Positions 9,451 through 20,928 of a DNA stretch of 64,000 nt are shown here, in pieces. The number at the start of each line of letters is the position of its first letter. The stretch's first letter is position 1. Position numbers and translations under genes: made by a program. Below the pieces are notes generated by a model. It searched no databases and was not told where the DNA came from. It saw nothing but the letters and a program-made list of their open reading frames with translations. Origin of the DNA: Armatimonadota bacterium (lineage in GTDB: Bacteria > Armatimonadota > SYMT01); NCBI GenBank assembly GCA_041690135.1, contig JAWLHY010000001.1, positions 480,001 to 544,000 on the forward strand, written 5' to 3'.

Positions 9451-10455
9451 TCAGGGGCGTGGTCGCAAAGTGTCTCCCTTGAATACGACGAAGAGCAGCG
9501 CGAGCGAGGGGGCCAGCAGTAGCACGCCGGGAATGAGGCTCCAGAGCACGAAGCGGAGCGTGGGAGCCGGCGAGGCGGCCTGGGCCAGGGTAAAGTGCGG
9601 ATAGACGAGGTAGGGCTGCTGTGCCACAGCCCAGCCCAGCACGACGAGGGAAACCTGGACGATGGTCGCGGTGCGCGCCAGAGCGTACCGCCGCTTCCAG
9701 ACCGCCCAGGCGGAGAGGCTCGCGAGGCCTCCAGCGCCCAGCAGTACCGGCGCGGCCTCCGGAGCGGTGATCCGCGCAAAAAAGACTGGAGCGTCAAAGC
9801 GGGCCGCGGCCAGCGTCACCAGGGCCAGCACCACCAGCACGCCTCCCGCATTCAAGCTCTTCTTCCGAAAGTCTTCCCGGGTCTCCCCGTCCGTTTCCAG
9901 GGTCAGGTAAACGGCCGTGACGTAGGCGCAGATCGCCAGGCTCAACGCCCCCAGGCACCAGGAGAAGGCTCCCAGCCAGGGTGTCCACGGATCGGAGACG
10001 ACCTGTCCACCTTCCAACCGGATTCGGCCCGCCGCCACGGCACCCAGGCACATCCCCAACAAAACCGGGGTGATGGTGCTGGCGATGCCGAAGACGCGCG
10101 TCCAGAGCCGCGTAGCTTCGGAGCGCTCGTCGCCATAAGAGCGGAAGACAAAGGCCGCACCGCGGAGCACGATCCCCAGGAGCGCCAGGTGGAACGGCAC
10201 GAAGAGGGCCACGCTGAGCGCTGCAAACGCCGGCGGAAAGCACGAAAACAGCAGGACGATCAGGAAGATCAACCAGACGTGGTTGGCTTCCCAAACCGGT
10301 CCCATAGCTTTTGCGATGGCTTTCCGCTGCGCTTCCGCGCGTGGCCCGCGAGCCAGGAGATCCCAGACCCCCGCGCCGAAGTCCGCCCCACCCAACACGG
10401 CATAGGCGATCAGGGCCGCGGCTCCTACCAGGGCAATCATTACTTCCGGTGACAT
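9451..10455 (-). CDS. cydB: Cytochrome bd ubiquinol oxidase subunit II
   Basis: YAVLGGADFGAG, GPVWEANHVWLI, LRGAAFVFR. Confidence 0.92.
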   Translation of the reverse strand: MSPEVMIALVGAAALIAYAVLGGADFGAGVWDLLARGPRAEAQRKAIAKAMGPVWEANHVWLIFLIVLLFSCFPPAFAALSVALFVPFHLALLGIVLRGAAFVFRSYGDERSEATRLWTRVFGIASTITPVLLGMCLGAVAAGRIRLEGGQVVSDPWTPWLGAFSWCLGALSLAICAYVTAVYLTLETDGETREDFRKKSLNAGGVLVVLALVTLAAARFDAPVFFARITAPEAAPVLLGAGGLASLSAWAVWKRRYALARTATIVQVSLVVLGWAVAQQPYLVYPHFTLAQAASPAPTLRFVLWSLIPGVLLLAPSLALLFVVFKGDTLRPRP

Positions 10456-10464
10456 CGAGGTTAG

Positions 10465-10603
10465 CTCCAGGTGTTCGGGTGTTCAGGTATTCGGGTGCTC
10501 AGGCGTTGGGCGTCCAGGCTTTCGGCGTTCAGGTGTTCAGGCGTTCAGGCAGTCGGTTTTCAGGTCTTCAGGTGTTCGGTCATTCCGTGTTTAAGCGTTC
10601 GGG
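10465..10603. repeat. Degenerate tandem octamer repeat (GTTCAGGT/GTTCGGGT-like)
   Basis: gtgttcgggtgttcaggtattcgggtgctcaggcgttgggcg...gttcaggtgttcaggcgttcagg... visible directly. Confidence 0.85.
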
Positions 10604-10627
10604 ATGTTGGTGGTGAATTCGGATTGA

Positions 10628-10808
10628 TCGGCTGCAGTGGCACTGCAGCCGAACGGGTGCCCCTTGGGCGATCGTGCGCAGTTGCACTGCGCCGCTCCCG
10701 ACCCGGTGCCGGCATTGGCGACCCAGGTGGGCCGCGACGACTGCGAGACCACGGGCTTCCGCAGTGCAACTGCGGGACGAAGGCTTCCACGGGCAGAGCA
10801 ACTGCCCG
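10628..10808. repeat. Cluster of four related REP-like palindromes (GCAG-n-CTGC core)
   Basis: tcggctgcagtggcactgcagccga (10628-52), gcgcagttgcactgcgc (10676-92), ccgcagtgcaactgcgg (10759-75), cgggcagagcaactgcccg (10790-808). Confidence 0.7.
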
Positions 10809-10857
10809 CGATCGAGTTTCCCAACAGCATCTTCCGAACGTTCAGGCGGTCGGACAT

Positions 10858-12234
10858 TCAACCATGAGCCGGAGCGTGGGCCTCGCGTCCCCCCGTCCTC
10901 TCTGGTTCGCCCGGTCTCTTTTCACCGGACTCGTTCGCCGGGCCAGACTCTTCTATTCCCGCGAGACGGAGCAGCAGCCAGCCCAGGGCGACGGCGAGCA
11001 CGGTGTAGAGCGCCAGGAAGCCGAAGAACGTCACCTCGACGTACGGGGCGGTGGTCACCGCCTCGCGGGTGCGCATGATCCCATAGATCGTCCAGGGCTG
11101 GCGTCCCACCTCGGAAACGATCCAGCCGGCCTCCAACGCGGCGAAGGCCATTACTCCGGTGGGAACCAGCAGGCGCATCACCCAGTCCGGTAACTCGCCG
11201 CGCCTCTTCCGGAAGATTGCCCAGTAGAGGGCGGAAAGTCCCATCAGCGCGAAGCCACTGCCGATCATCACCTGGAAGGCGCCGTGGACCAACGGCACAT
11301 TCGGCCACTGGTCGCGGGGGATCTCTTCCAGACCCTTCACCTCGGCATGGGGATCATGATGCGCCAGCAGGCTGAGTCCAAAAGGAATCTCGAGGGCATA
11401 GGGGACCTCCTGCCGGGTGGTATCCGGCAGGCCGCCGATTTTCAGTGCGGCGCCCCGTTCGGTGCGGAAGTGGGCTTCCATGGCGGCCAGTTTGGCCGGC
11501 TGGCGGTGGGCCACATGCCCCGCACTGAAGTGACCGCTAAACGGCATGATGAACGCTACGAGGGCGCCCACGGTCATCGCGAGCCGCAGGGCGGCCCGCT
11601 GGTAGTCCGTACGGCGGCCCTTCAGGTAGCCCCACGCATAGACGGACGCGATGCTGAAGGCACTGGCCATGTAACAGGAGAGCGTGGAGTGCACCGCCAT
11701 GACCGCCCAGGTCGGATTGAACAGCGCGGCCATCGGGTCGATGTTCACCGCCTTGCCGCCTGCCAGCTCGAACCCGACAGGGTTTTGCATCCAGGCGTTG
11801 GCCGAAACGACCAGGATCCCCGAAACGGCGCCGCTCACGGCCACCGGCACGCCGCACAGCCAGTGATGGACCGGCTTCAGGCGGTCCCACCCATAGAGGT
11901 AGAGACCGAGAAAGATCGCCTCGATGAAGAAGGCGTAACCCTCCAGCGCAAAGGCCGGTCCGATCAACGGGCCCGCGAACTCCATGAAGCGGGGCCACAG
12001 GAGGCCCAACTCGAACGAGAGCGCCGTCCCCGACACGGCGCCAACCGCAAACAGCAAGCCGGTAGCCTTGGCCCATTTCCTGGCCAGGGCGAGATACTCG
12101 GGTCGCTTCGTACGCAGGTAAAGCCCTTCCGCCAGCACCATGAAGAGCGGCAGCCCGATTCCCAGGGCCGCGAAGATCATGTGGAACCCGAGCGAAAATG
12201 CCATCTGCGCCCGGGCTGCCCCCAGTGGGTCCAT
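10858..12234 (-). CDS. cydA: Cytochrome bd ubiquinol oxidase subunit I (short Q-loop)
   Basis: RAQMAFSLGFHMIF, EGYAFFIEAIF, ANAWMQNP, QPAKLAAME, EVGRQPW; ATG at 12234. Confidence 0.93.
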   Translation of the reverse strand: MDPLGAARAQMAFSLGFHMIFAALGIGLPLFMVLAEGLYLRTKRPEYLALARKWAKATGLLFAVGAVSGTALSFELGLLWPRFMEFAGPLIGPAFALEGYAFFIEAIFLGLYLYGWDRLKPVHHWLCGVPVAVSGAVSGILVVSANAWMQNPVGFELAGGKAVNIDPMAALFNPTWAVMAVHSTLSCYMASAFSIASVYAWGYLKGRRTDYQRAALRLAMTVGALVAFIMPFSGHFSAGHVAHRQPAKLAAMEAHFRTERGAALKIGGLPDTTRQEVPYALEIPFGLSLLAHHDPHAEVKGLEEIPRDQWPNVPLVHGAFQVMIGSGFALMGLSALYWAIFRKRRGELPDWVMRLLVPTGVMAFAALEAGWIVSEVGRQPWTIYGIMRTREAVTTAPYVEVTFFGFLALYTVLAVALGWLLLRLAGIEESGPANESGEKRPGEPERTGGREAHAPAHG

Positions 12235-12516
12235 TTCAACCCATCCTTCTACGACCCCGCCGCGCCCTGCCTCACTGCCTGCGCGCCTGGCGGGATCCAC
12301 TTCATGCGTAGTTTAACGGGGCCGCTCGTAAGTATTGCTTATGATTTTCTCTCTTTGAATAAGCATGATTTATTTATCGGCGCGTGGTAGGAAGTCCTGA
12401 ATCGCATTTGCGTGAACTGACAGAATGAATGCAGTGGCCGGAGTGTCTACCGGCCGCCCCCTAATCTATAATTCCGGCGGCCGATCCAATTTCGAGACGG
12501 GTCCACGAGGGAAAAG

Positions 12517-13761
12517 ATGGTCGCCGAGATCCTGAGCGTAGGGACGGAACTGCTGCTGGGCCAGATCAACGATACGAATGCCAGCTACCTGGCGCGCACC
12601 CTGGCGGGGCTGGGCATCGATATCTACCACAAAAGTACCGTGGGGGATAACGAAGGGCGCGTCATCGACACCCTGCAGCGGGCGCGCGAGCGGGCGGACC
12701 TCATCATCACCACGGGGGGTCTCGGGCCGACGGAGGATGATCTTACCAAGGAGTGCATAGCCAGGGTCTTCGACGAGGAACTGGTGATGCATGAGCCTTC
12801 CCTCGCATGGATTCGGGGGTTCTTCGCCCGCCGCGGGGTCGAGATGCCGGCCCGGAACGCGAAGCAGGCACTGATTTACCGGAACGGGCGTCCCCTGGAT
12901 AATCCCCACGGCACGGCTCCGGGCGCGCTGCTGGAGAAGGACGGCAAAATCGTCATCTCCCTGCCCGGCCCCCCGAACGAGATGGTGCCGATGGTGGAGA
13001 ACCAGGTGGTGCCGTTCCTTACGGAGCGAATCTCCGGCCACCGCCAGTATCTCGTGACCCGGGTCTTCCGCCTGATCGGTATCGGAGAGTCGTCCGTCGA
13101 GGAAAAGGTGCAGGACCTGATCCGGGGACATAACCCCAGCCTGGCGCCGCTCGCCCACACCGGGGAGGTCCATCTCCGGGCGGGCGCCAAGGCGGACAGC
13201 ATCGAGGCGGCGGAAGCCCTGATCGGGCCCCTGGAGGCGGAACTCCGCGCGCGGATCGGCCGTTTTATTTACGGCGTGGACAGCACCACCCTGGAACAGG
13301 CCGTGGTGCAGGAACTGGCGACCCGCGGCCGAACCATCGCCGTGGCGGAGTCTTGCACCGGGGGATTGCTCGGTGCCCGGCTGACGGAGGTCGCGGGCAG
13401 CAGCGCGGTGTTCCTGGGCGGCGTGGTCTCCTACGCGAACGAGGCCAAGGTGCGCCTGCTGGGGGTGGACCCGGATCTGCTCGCCCGGTACGGAGCTGTG
13501 AGCCGGGAGGTCGCCACGGCGATGGCCCAGGGAGTGCGGGAACGTCTCGGCGCGGACCTGGGGGTGTCGATCACCGGCGTCGCGGGTCCCGGCGGCGGCA
13601 CGGAGGAAAAGCCGGTCGGCCTGGTCTATATCGGGCTGGCGACTCCGGATCGCGTGCGGGTCACGGAGAACCACTTTATCGGCATCCGGCAGGACGTGCG
13701 GCGTCGCTCCACCCAGGTGGCGCTCCAGATGGTCCGTGACGAGTTGCTGGGGGAAAGCTAG
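12517..13761 (+). CDS. cinA: Competence/damage-inducible protein A (MoCF-like + PncC)
   Basis: GTELLLGQINDTN, GGLGPTEDDLT, AVAESCTGG, SITGVAGPGGG. Confidence 0.95.
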   Translation: MVAEILSVGTELLLGQINDTNASYLARTLAGLGIDIYHKSTVGDNEGRVIDTLQRARERADLIITTGGLGPTEDDLTKECIARVFDEELVMHEPSLAWIRGFFARRGVEMPARNAKQALIYRNGRPLDNPHGTAPGALLEKDGKIVISLPGPPNEMVPMVENQVVPFLTERISGHRQYLVTRVFRLIGIGESSVEEKVQDLIRGHNPSLAPLAHTGEVHLRAGAKADSIEAAEALIGPLEAELRARIGRFIYGVDSTTLEQAVVQELATRGRTIAVAESCTGGLLGARLTEVAGSSAVFLGGVVSYANEAKVRLLGVDPDLLARYGAVSREVATAMAQGVRERLGADLGVSITGVAGPGGGTEEKPVGLVYIGLATPDRVRVTENHFIGIRQDVRRRSTQVALQMVRDELLGES

Positions 13762-13764
13762 GCG

Positions 13765-14379
13765 ATGCCGGACACCCCACGGCCTTTGCGCCTGTTCATC
13801 GCCGTCCCCACGGCCGCGGAAGTGCGGAGCGCGGCGGAACGGGTGCTGCGGGGCCTGCGGGGCCGGGGAGACGTTCGTTGGGTAACCCCGGAACGTCTTC
13901 ACCTGACGTTGAAGTTCCTCGGCGAGACGCCGGGCGACCGAGTGCCGGAAATCATCGCGGCACTCGAAAAATCATCGAACAAGTTTTCTCCTCTTGTGGT
14001 AGAATTGGAAGGTGTCGGAGCCTTCCCGAACCTCCGGAAACCCCAGACGATCTGGCTGGGGATCGGGCGGGGCGAGAGGCTGGCCGGCCTGGCGGAATCG
14101 GTAGAGAGTGCGCTTCAGAACCTGGGGTTCGAGCGGGAGAAGCGGGCGTTTCGCCCCCATCTTACCCTCGGCCGGCTCCGCTCCCCGAAAGAAGTGCGGG
14201 AACTGACCCAGGCGCTGGAAGCGGTACAGGCCGATGCCGTCGGGCTGGTGGAGTGGCCCGTGACGGAAGTGCAGCTCGTGCAGAGCGTGCTGCGGCCCTC
14301 GGGACCCGAGTATACCGTGCTGCATACGTTCCCCCTGGCTCGTGTATCCGGGCCGGAAGAACGGGAGCCGCATGCGTAG
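13765..14379 (+). CDS. thpR: RNA 2',3'-cyclic phosphodiesterase (2H family)
   Basis: Two HxT motifs (HLTLKFLG, PHLTLGR). Confidence 0.92.
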   Translation: MPDTPRPLRLFIAVPTAAEVRSAAERVLRGLRGRGDVRWVTPERLHLTLKFLGETPGDRVPEIIAALEKSSNKFSPLVVELEGVGAFPNLRKPQTIWLGIGRGERLAGLAESVESALQNLGFEREKRAFRPHLTLGRLRSPKEVRELTQALEAVQADAVGLVEWPVTEVQLVQSVLRPSGPEYTVLHTFPLARVSGPEEREPHA

Positions 14380-14455
14380 CTGGACTTGCATATCCTGGTG
14401 ATGGTAACTGGACACGGACGGCGCATACGTTGGCCCGGCGTGTGGAGGAACGGCA

Positions 14456-15490
<1,035 letters not shown>

Positions 15491-15622
15491 GCGCTCTCAC
15501 CCTGCCGTGCTTCCGGCGGTGGGTGCACGCGGTAGTGGCATGGAGGTCGCTACCGTCCAATTGATCGACCTGCATTCGGTGGGGGCAGCCCGTTAGGGCT
15601 GCCCCCATTGTGGTATTAGTCT

Positions 15623-16297
15623 ATGGACGAAGGATTTACGTCGCCGGCCTCCGAACCCTCAGCTATCACTGCGATCGAGCCCCAGAAGAAGAACCCGGAC
15701 CGCGTCTCCGTCTTCGTGGATGGAGAGTTTGCGATCGGCGTGCATTCGGAGGTGCTGCTGGCGGTCGGCTTGTACGTCGGGCGCCGGGTTTCCGTTCCGG
15801 AGTTGCAGCAACTGGCGCTGAAGGAAGAGACGCGCCGGGCACGGGAGAGCGCGCTGACTCTCCTCGGCGTCCGAGCGCGCAGCCGCAAAGAGCTTCAGGT
15901 TCGCCTGCAGCAAAAGGGCTACGATCCGGCGGCCATCGCCGGCGCGCTGGAGTCGCTGGAGCGCAGTGGCTTCGTGGATGACGCGGAGTTCAGTCAGAGC
16001 TGGGTGCGGGGCCGCACCGGCGGACGTCCAATGGGTCCGAACCGGCTGGCCGCGGAACTGCGCCAGAAGGGCGTGGACCGGGAGCTGATTGATGAGGCGC
16101 TCCAGGCGATCGATCCCGAAATGGAACTGGAACTGGCGTTGACGGTGGGGCGCCAGAAGGTAGAACAGATGCGCGGGGACATGGGCGACGAGAAGCAGGC
16201 GGTGCGCCGCAAAGTGACGGCGATGCTGCAGCGCCGCGGCTTTACCTGGCAAACATGCTCGCGCGCGCTGGACATACTCATGCAGGACGACGAATAG
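15623..16297 (+). CDS. recX: Regulatory protein RecX (long form)
   Basis: [31 protein letters not shown]; directly downstream of recA. Confidence 0.92.
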   Translation: MDEGFTSPASEPSAITAIEPQKKNPDRVSVFVDGEFAIGVHSEVLLAVGLYVGRRVSVPELQQLALKEETRRARESALTLLGVRARSRKELQVRLQQKGYDPAAIAGALESLERSGFVDDAEFSQSWVRGRTGGRPMGPNRLAAELRQKGVDRELIDEALQAIDPEMELELALTVGRQKVEQMRGDMGDEKQAVRRKVTAMLQRRGFTWQTCSRALDILMQDDE

Positions 16298-16346
16298 ATC
16301 GTCGCGATGCGTTCTCCCGGCGCCCCACCTTCGGCCGGAGTGCTTA

Positions 16347-17888
16347 ATGGATCCCGTGACGTTAACGCTCCTGGTCGCCGCCCTGCTGACGCTGGCGGCC
16401 GGCCTGGTGCTTTTCTATAGAGTGAGTCAACAGAAGGCCGAGCTTTCGGCCCTTCAACAACAACTGGAACGCGAACGCCAGAACATCGCCCGGGACGCGG
16501 AAGCGACCAAGAAGGAGACCCTCCTCGAAGCACGCGACGAAGCCCACATCATCCGCGAAAAGGCCGAGCAGGAGGCCCGTGAGCTCCGCGCGCAGGTCCA
16601 GAAGTTGGAAGAGCGCGTGAACCAGCGGGAAGAAACCCTGGAGCGACGCTCGACCAGCCTGGAGCAGCGGGAAGCGGAGGCCAAAGAGCGCGACCGGGAG
16701 CTAGAAGGCCTCCGCCAGGAGGTGCAGACGCTCATCGCACGACAGCGTTCGGAGCTGGAGCGGATCGCGGGTTTGGGCCACGAAGAGGGTCGCACCCTCT
16801 TGATGAAGCAGCTCGAAGATGAGCTGCGCATGGACATGGCTCGCCTGATCAAGCAGATCGAGGAAGAGACCCGCGGCGAGGCCGATCGCCGCGCCCGGCA
16901 GATCATTGTCCAGGCGATCCAGCGCTGCGCGGTCGACCAGGTTTCCGAGACTACGGTGTCGGTGGTGCCGCTTCCCAGCGACGATATGAAGGGGCGCATT
17001 ATCGGGCGGGAGGGGCGGAACATTCGCGCCTTCGAGACGCTGACCGGCGTCGACCTCATCATCGATGATACCCCCGAGGCGGTCGTCCTTTCCGCCTACG
17101 ATCCCGTACGTCGCGAAACGGCGCGGGTGGCGCTCTCGAACCTTATTCTCGACGGCCGGATCCACCCGGGCCGCATCGAGGAGACGATCCAGAAGGCGCG
17201 CGACGAAGTCGAACAGAAGATCCGCGAGGCCGGTGAACTGGCGGTGATGCGGGCGGGGGTCGGCGGCCTTCATCCCGAGCTGATCCGGCGGCTCGGCAAG
17301 CTGCGCTACCGCACCAGTTACGGGCAGAACGTGCTGGACCACTCCGTAGAAGTCGCCCTGCTGGCCGCCTCCCTCGCCGCCGAGCTGGGGGTGGACGCTG
17401 AAATTGCGCGCCGCGCCGGTCTGCTTCACGACGTGGGTAAGGCCGAGGACCACGAGATGGAGGGGTCCCATCTCGACATCTCCGTGGACCTGGTGCGCAA
17501 GTTCGGGGAAGCCCCGGGAGTGGTGCACGCCGTGGAGGCGCACCACGGGGATGTGGACTTCGGGAGCGTGGAAGCGGTGCTGGTCCAGGTCGCGGACGCC
17601 ATCTCCGCCTCGCGGCCGGGCGCCCGCCGGGAGATGCTCGAGACCTATATCAAACGGATGCAGCGCCTCGAAAACATCGTCAACGACGTGCCCGGCGTGG
17701 AGAAGACCTTCGCCGTGCAGGCCGGCCGGGAACTCCGGATCATCGTCCGCCCCGAGCAGGTCGACGACCTGAGCTCGGCCAAGCTCGCCCACGACACCGC
17801 CCGCCGCATCGAGGAGCAGATCGAGTACCCCGGCCAGATCAAGGTCGTCGTAATCCGCGAGACCCGGACTTCGGAGTACGCCCGGTAG
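16347..17888 (+). CDS. rny: Ribonuclease Y
   Basis: N-terminal TM, coiled coil, KH ([12 protein letters not shown]), HD (GLLHDVGK), [12 protein letters not shown]. Confidence 0.97.
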   Translation: MDPVTLTLLVAALLTLAAGLVLFYRVSQQKAELSALQQQLERERQNIARDAEATKKETLLEARDEAHIIREKAEQEARELRAQVQKLEERVNQREETLERRSTSLEQREAEAKERDRELEGLRQEVQTLIARQRSELERIAGLGHEEGRTLLMKQLEDELRMDMARLIKQIEEETRGEADRRARQIIVQAIQRCAVDQVSETTVSVVPLPSDDMKGRIIGREGRNIRAFETLTGVDLIIDDTPEAVVLSAYDPVRRETARVALSNLILDGRIHPGRIEETIQKARDEVEQKIREAGELAVMRAGVGGLHPELIRRLGKLRYRTSYGQNVLDHSVEVALLAASLAAELGVDAEIARRAGLLHDVGKAEDHEMEGSHLDISVDLVRKFGEAPGVVHAVEAHHGDVDFGSVEAVLVQVADAISASRPGARREMLETYIKRMQRLENIVNDVPGVEKTFAVQAGRELRIIVRPEQVDDLSSAKLAHDTARRIEEQIEYPGQIKVVVIRETRTSEYAR

Positions 17889-17893
17889 AATCA

Positions 17894-17982
17894 GGGTAAG
17901 GGAGTGTGGGACTAGGGGAGTGGGTGTGTGTGGGAGCCGCCTGGATCACCCCCAAACCTCCATACTTCCACACCCCCTACCC
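17894..17982. repeat. G-rich / C-rich inverted short-unit repeat between convergent genes
   Basis: gggagtgtgggactaggggagtgggtgtgtgtggg facing cccccaaacctccatacttccacaccccctaccc. Confidence 0.6.
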
Positions 17983-17984
17983 GG

Positions 17985-19019
17985 CTACAGCCTCACCTCG
18001 GCGCCGATGCGGGCTGACTCGTAGAGGGCGTCCAGCAAACGCATCACGATCAGGCCCTCCTCTCCCGTCGCCATCGGTTCCGTGTCGTTCAGGATGGCAC
18101 GGCAGAAGTGCTGCTGCGGCGTTTCGACGTGCTCCGGAATCCAGGGGTGTTCCGTGATGACATCGCCATCCGTACCCTTAAAGAGACGGGCTTCGAACTG
18201 GTAGCCCTCGTCCCAGTTACGGATCAGGGCCCCGCCGTCGATGCCGAAGAGCTGCGTCCACTGGTCCTCGCGCTTCTCCGAGTTCGAGGCCCAACTCGTC
18301 TCCAGCGTCAACGTGGCGCCGTTGTCGAAGCGGATGAACGCCGAAGCCAGATCGTCTACGTCGAACGTCTTGCCTTCCCGCTCCGCCAGGCGCTGTCCCA
18401 GATGGCTGTAAGTCGCTCCGGAAACGCTCACCGGCTTCGGGTATCCCATCAACCAGAGGACCAGGTCGAGGCGATGAACGCCGAGATCGATCAGGGCGCC
18501 GCCTCCCGACATGCTCTTGTTGGTGAACCAGCCCCCCAGCTGTGGGATGCCGCGCTTACGATGCCACACCGAACGGGCGTAGTAGATAGGTCCCAATGCT
18601 CCCGCGTCGATAGCGGACTTGATCGCCTGGGACGTGGGGAAGAAGCGCACGTTGAAGTGCATCATCATCTTGCGGCCCAGCTTGCGGGCGGTGGAGACCA
18701 TCTCCGCACCCTCGGCGGCGTTCATGGCCAACGGCTTCTCACACATCACGTGCTTGCCCGCGTGGAGCGCCGCCAGGGTCACCGGCGCATGCATCACATT
18801 CGGCAATACGATGCTGACCGCGTCGATCTCCCGGTCCGCCAGCAGGTCCTCGTAATTCGTGTAGGTCCGCCAGGGATGGACTTCCGCCGCCACCTGCTCC
18901 AACCGGTGCGGGTTGACGTCGCAAATGGCCACCAGGTCGGCTTCCGGGCAATCTCGATAATGCACGGCATGGTTTCGTCCCATCCCCATGCCGATCACAC
19001 CAACGCGTACTCGCTCCAA
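17985..19019 (-). CDS. Gfo/Idh/MocA oxidoreductase
   Basis: VGVIGMGMG, HVMCEKPLA, GGGALIDLGVH; probable TTG start at 19019. Confidence 0.9.
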   Translation of the reverse strand: MERVRVGVIGMGMGRNHAVHYRDCPEADLVAICDVNPHRLEQVAAEVHPWRTYTNYEDLLADREIDAVSIVLPNVMHAPVTLAALHAGKHVMCEKPLAMNAAEGAEMVSTARKLGRKMMMHFNVRFFPTSQAIKSAIDAGALGPIYYARSVWHRKRGIPQLGGWFTNKSMSGGGALIDLGVHRLDLVLWLMGYPKPVSVSGATYSHLGQRLAEREGKTFDVDDLASAFIRFDNGATLTLETSWASNSEKREDQWTQLFGIDGGALIRNWDEGYQFEARLFKGTDGDVITEHPWIPEHVETPQQHFCRAILNDTEPMATGEEGLIVMRLLDALYESARIGAEVRL

Positions 19020-19240
19020 ATCGCTTCTCCAATCCAACGGCTGTGCAGAATTCGGGGGCACATCTCAGATGTCGGCGCCGGACAGAGCGCTGACACAGTT
19101 CCCGGTCGCTCGGTAATACCCGCCGGATGTGGCGCTGAAGCATCCCAACACCCTTGCGGCAGGAAGTCGGGCTCCGGCGGCGGAACAGCGGGGTGGTCCT
19201 TCGAGGGCCGTCCAGAGATGCTGCGAGAGGGAAGGGAAGA

Positions 19241-19996
19241 ATGCAAAATATCATTGCGGTCAACATCGGCAGCTACCGGAAACACCGGGAGCGTGCCCTG
19301 GAGCTCCTACCGGAGCTCGGGGTCCGGAATGTCGAAATCCCCGTACCCGCCGCGGATGAGGTGGATGCCGTCCGGCAGCGGCTCGAGCGGAATGGCCTCA
19401 TCGCGACCACCCTGATCTGCCCTTGCGACCTTACCCAGGACGCGGAAACGATGCGCGAGAAGCTGGAGATCGGTCGGGCCATGGGAGTGCCGATCTTCTT
19501 CATCAGCGCCAAGGCGGGAGAACTGTCGAAGCCCGAGGCCTATGCCCGACTGCGAGCGCGCGCAGAACTGGCCGAGGAATACGGGATCACCCTGTCCCTG
19601 GAGACCCATCCGGATCTGGGGGAGAACGCCACCGAGGCCCGTGCCACGCTTCTGGCGGTGAACCATCCCCGCTTACGCTGGAACCTGGATACCGCCAATC
19701 TCTACTACTACAACCAGAATATAGACGCGGTCTCCCAGGCCCAGAAAGGCCTGGACCTGATTGCGAGCGTCCACCTGAAGGAGACCAACGGCGGTTTCAA
19801 GTGCTGGTGGTTCCCCGCCCTGGGAGAAGGAGTGGTGGACTTCGCCGGCGTGTTCCGCGTGCTCAACGAAGCCGGGTTCTACGGCCCCTTCACCTTCGAG
19901 CTGGAAGGCATCCAGGGCGAGGAGCTGAGTGAAGCGGAAGCCCAGGCCCGCGTGGCGAAGAGCCTCGCGCATCTGCGGAGCCTGGGCTTGACTTAA
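19241..19996 (+). CDS. Sugar phosphate isomerase/epimerase (AP endonuclease 2 TIM barrel)
   Basis: LETHP, LDTAN, VHLKE, GEGVVDF, FELE. Confidence 0.85.
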   Translation: MQNIIAVNIGSYRKHRERALELLPELGVRNVEIPVPAADEVDAVRQRLERNGLIATTLICPCDLTQDAETMREKLEIGRAMGVPIFFISAKAGELSKPEAYARLRARAELAEEYGITLSLETHPDLGENATEARATLLAVNHPRLRWNLDTANLYYYNQNIDAVSQAQKGLDLIASVHLKETNGGFKCWWFPALGEGVVDFAGVFRVLNEAGFYGPFTFELEGIQGEELSEAEAQARVAKSLAHLRSLGLT

Positions 19997-20008
19997 ACAA
20001 CTTTTGAT

Positions 20009-20905
20009 TTAAACAAACTCTGGGGCCAGGCGCTCGATCAACCAGTCCGCATACGCTTCCGTGTCGGCGTCGAGTTGGATCGTGGCCTCCCGCACGTGGG
20101 TGTTGCGGATCACCCCCATTGTTTTCAGCAGCCGCTTTTCCACGTGCAGGAACAGCTCCATGTGCTGCAGCTCGAACACGATCAACGGCAGCACCTGCTG
20201 GAAGGCTGCATAGGCCCCTTCGACATCCCCCTCGCGCCGCCGCTCGAAGGCTTCGCGCAGGGGGATGAGCGAGGCCGTGCCGGGCATCACCCCACAGATG
20301 CCGCACGGCACCAACTCCATCATGTACATCCCGCCCCAGCCCTCCAGCACCCCGATCTCGCCGTTCGTGGCTTCGAGGATCGACCGCACCCGGGGACCCA
20401 TCATCGGGTCTTCCAGCTTGAGGTAGCGGAAGTTAGGACATTCCCGGTGGAGCCGCGCGGCAAAGGAGGCTCCGACCGTCGGGCCGCCGGGGTTGAAGTC
20501 CTGAATCAGCAGCGGACCGCGGATCTGGCGGCATACGCCCGTGAAGTAGCGGAGCAGGTCCTCTTCGCTGAGCCCGAATACCCGAGGGGCGGCCATGCTG
20601 ATCAGGTTCGCACCCGCCTCTTCCATCTGTCGGGCCAACTCGACCGCCACGGACACGGAAGCGTGGTTCGCCTGACCGATGACCGGCACCCTTCCTCCCG
20701 ACGCCTCGACGGCGACCCGCACAACATAGAGCCGTTCCGCTTCGGAAAGTTTGTAGAACTCGCTGCCGTAGGCCGGCAGGCAAACGGCGGCCGCTTCCCC
20801 CTGCACGCAGAATTCGACCAGCGAGCGGAGATCTTCTTCGTCGATGGCCCCATCAGGGCGAAAGGGGATGGGAACGATCGGAACGATACCGGTAAGTGGT
20901 TGCAT
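20009..20905 (-). CDS. Dihydrodipicolinate synthase family aldolase
   Basis: GIVPIVPIPF, GSEFYKLSEAER, YLKLE (Schiff-base Lys). Confidence 0.88.
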   Translation of the reverse strand: MQPLTGIVPIVPIPFRPDGAIDEEDLRSLVEFCVQGEAAAVCLPAYGSEFYKLSEAERLYVVRVAVEASGGRVPVIGQANHASVSVAVELARQMEEAGANLISMAAPRVFGLSEEDLLRYFTGVCRQIRGPLLIQDFNPGGPTVGASFAARLHRECPNFRYLKLEDPMMGPRVRSILEATNGEIGVLEGWGGMYMMELVPCGICGVMPGTASLIPLREAFERRREGDVEGAYAAFQQVLPLIVFELQHMELFLHVEKRLLKTMGVIRNTHVREATIQLDADTEAYADWLIERLAPEFV

Positions 20906-20928
20906 GGGTTATTCAAAGGACCGGTGCT

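Noticed and set aside
12300-12516. LexA, Rex or FNR box in the AT-rich cydA-cinA intergenic region
   Set aside because: No convincing palindrome matching a known consensus; only a TATAAT near 12467
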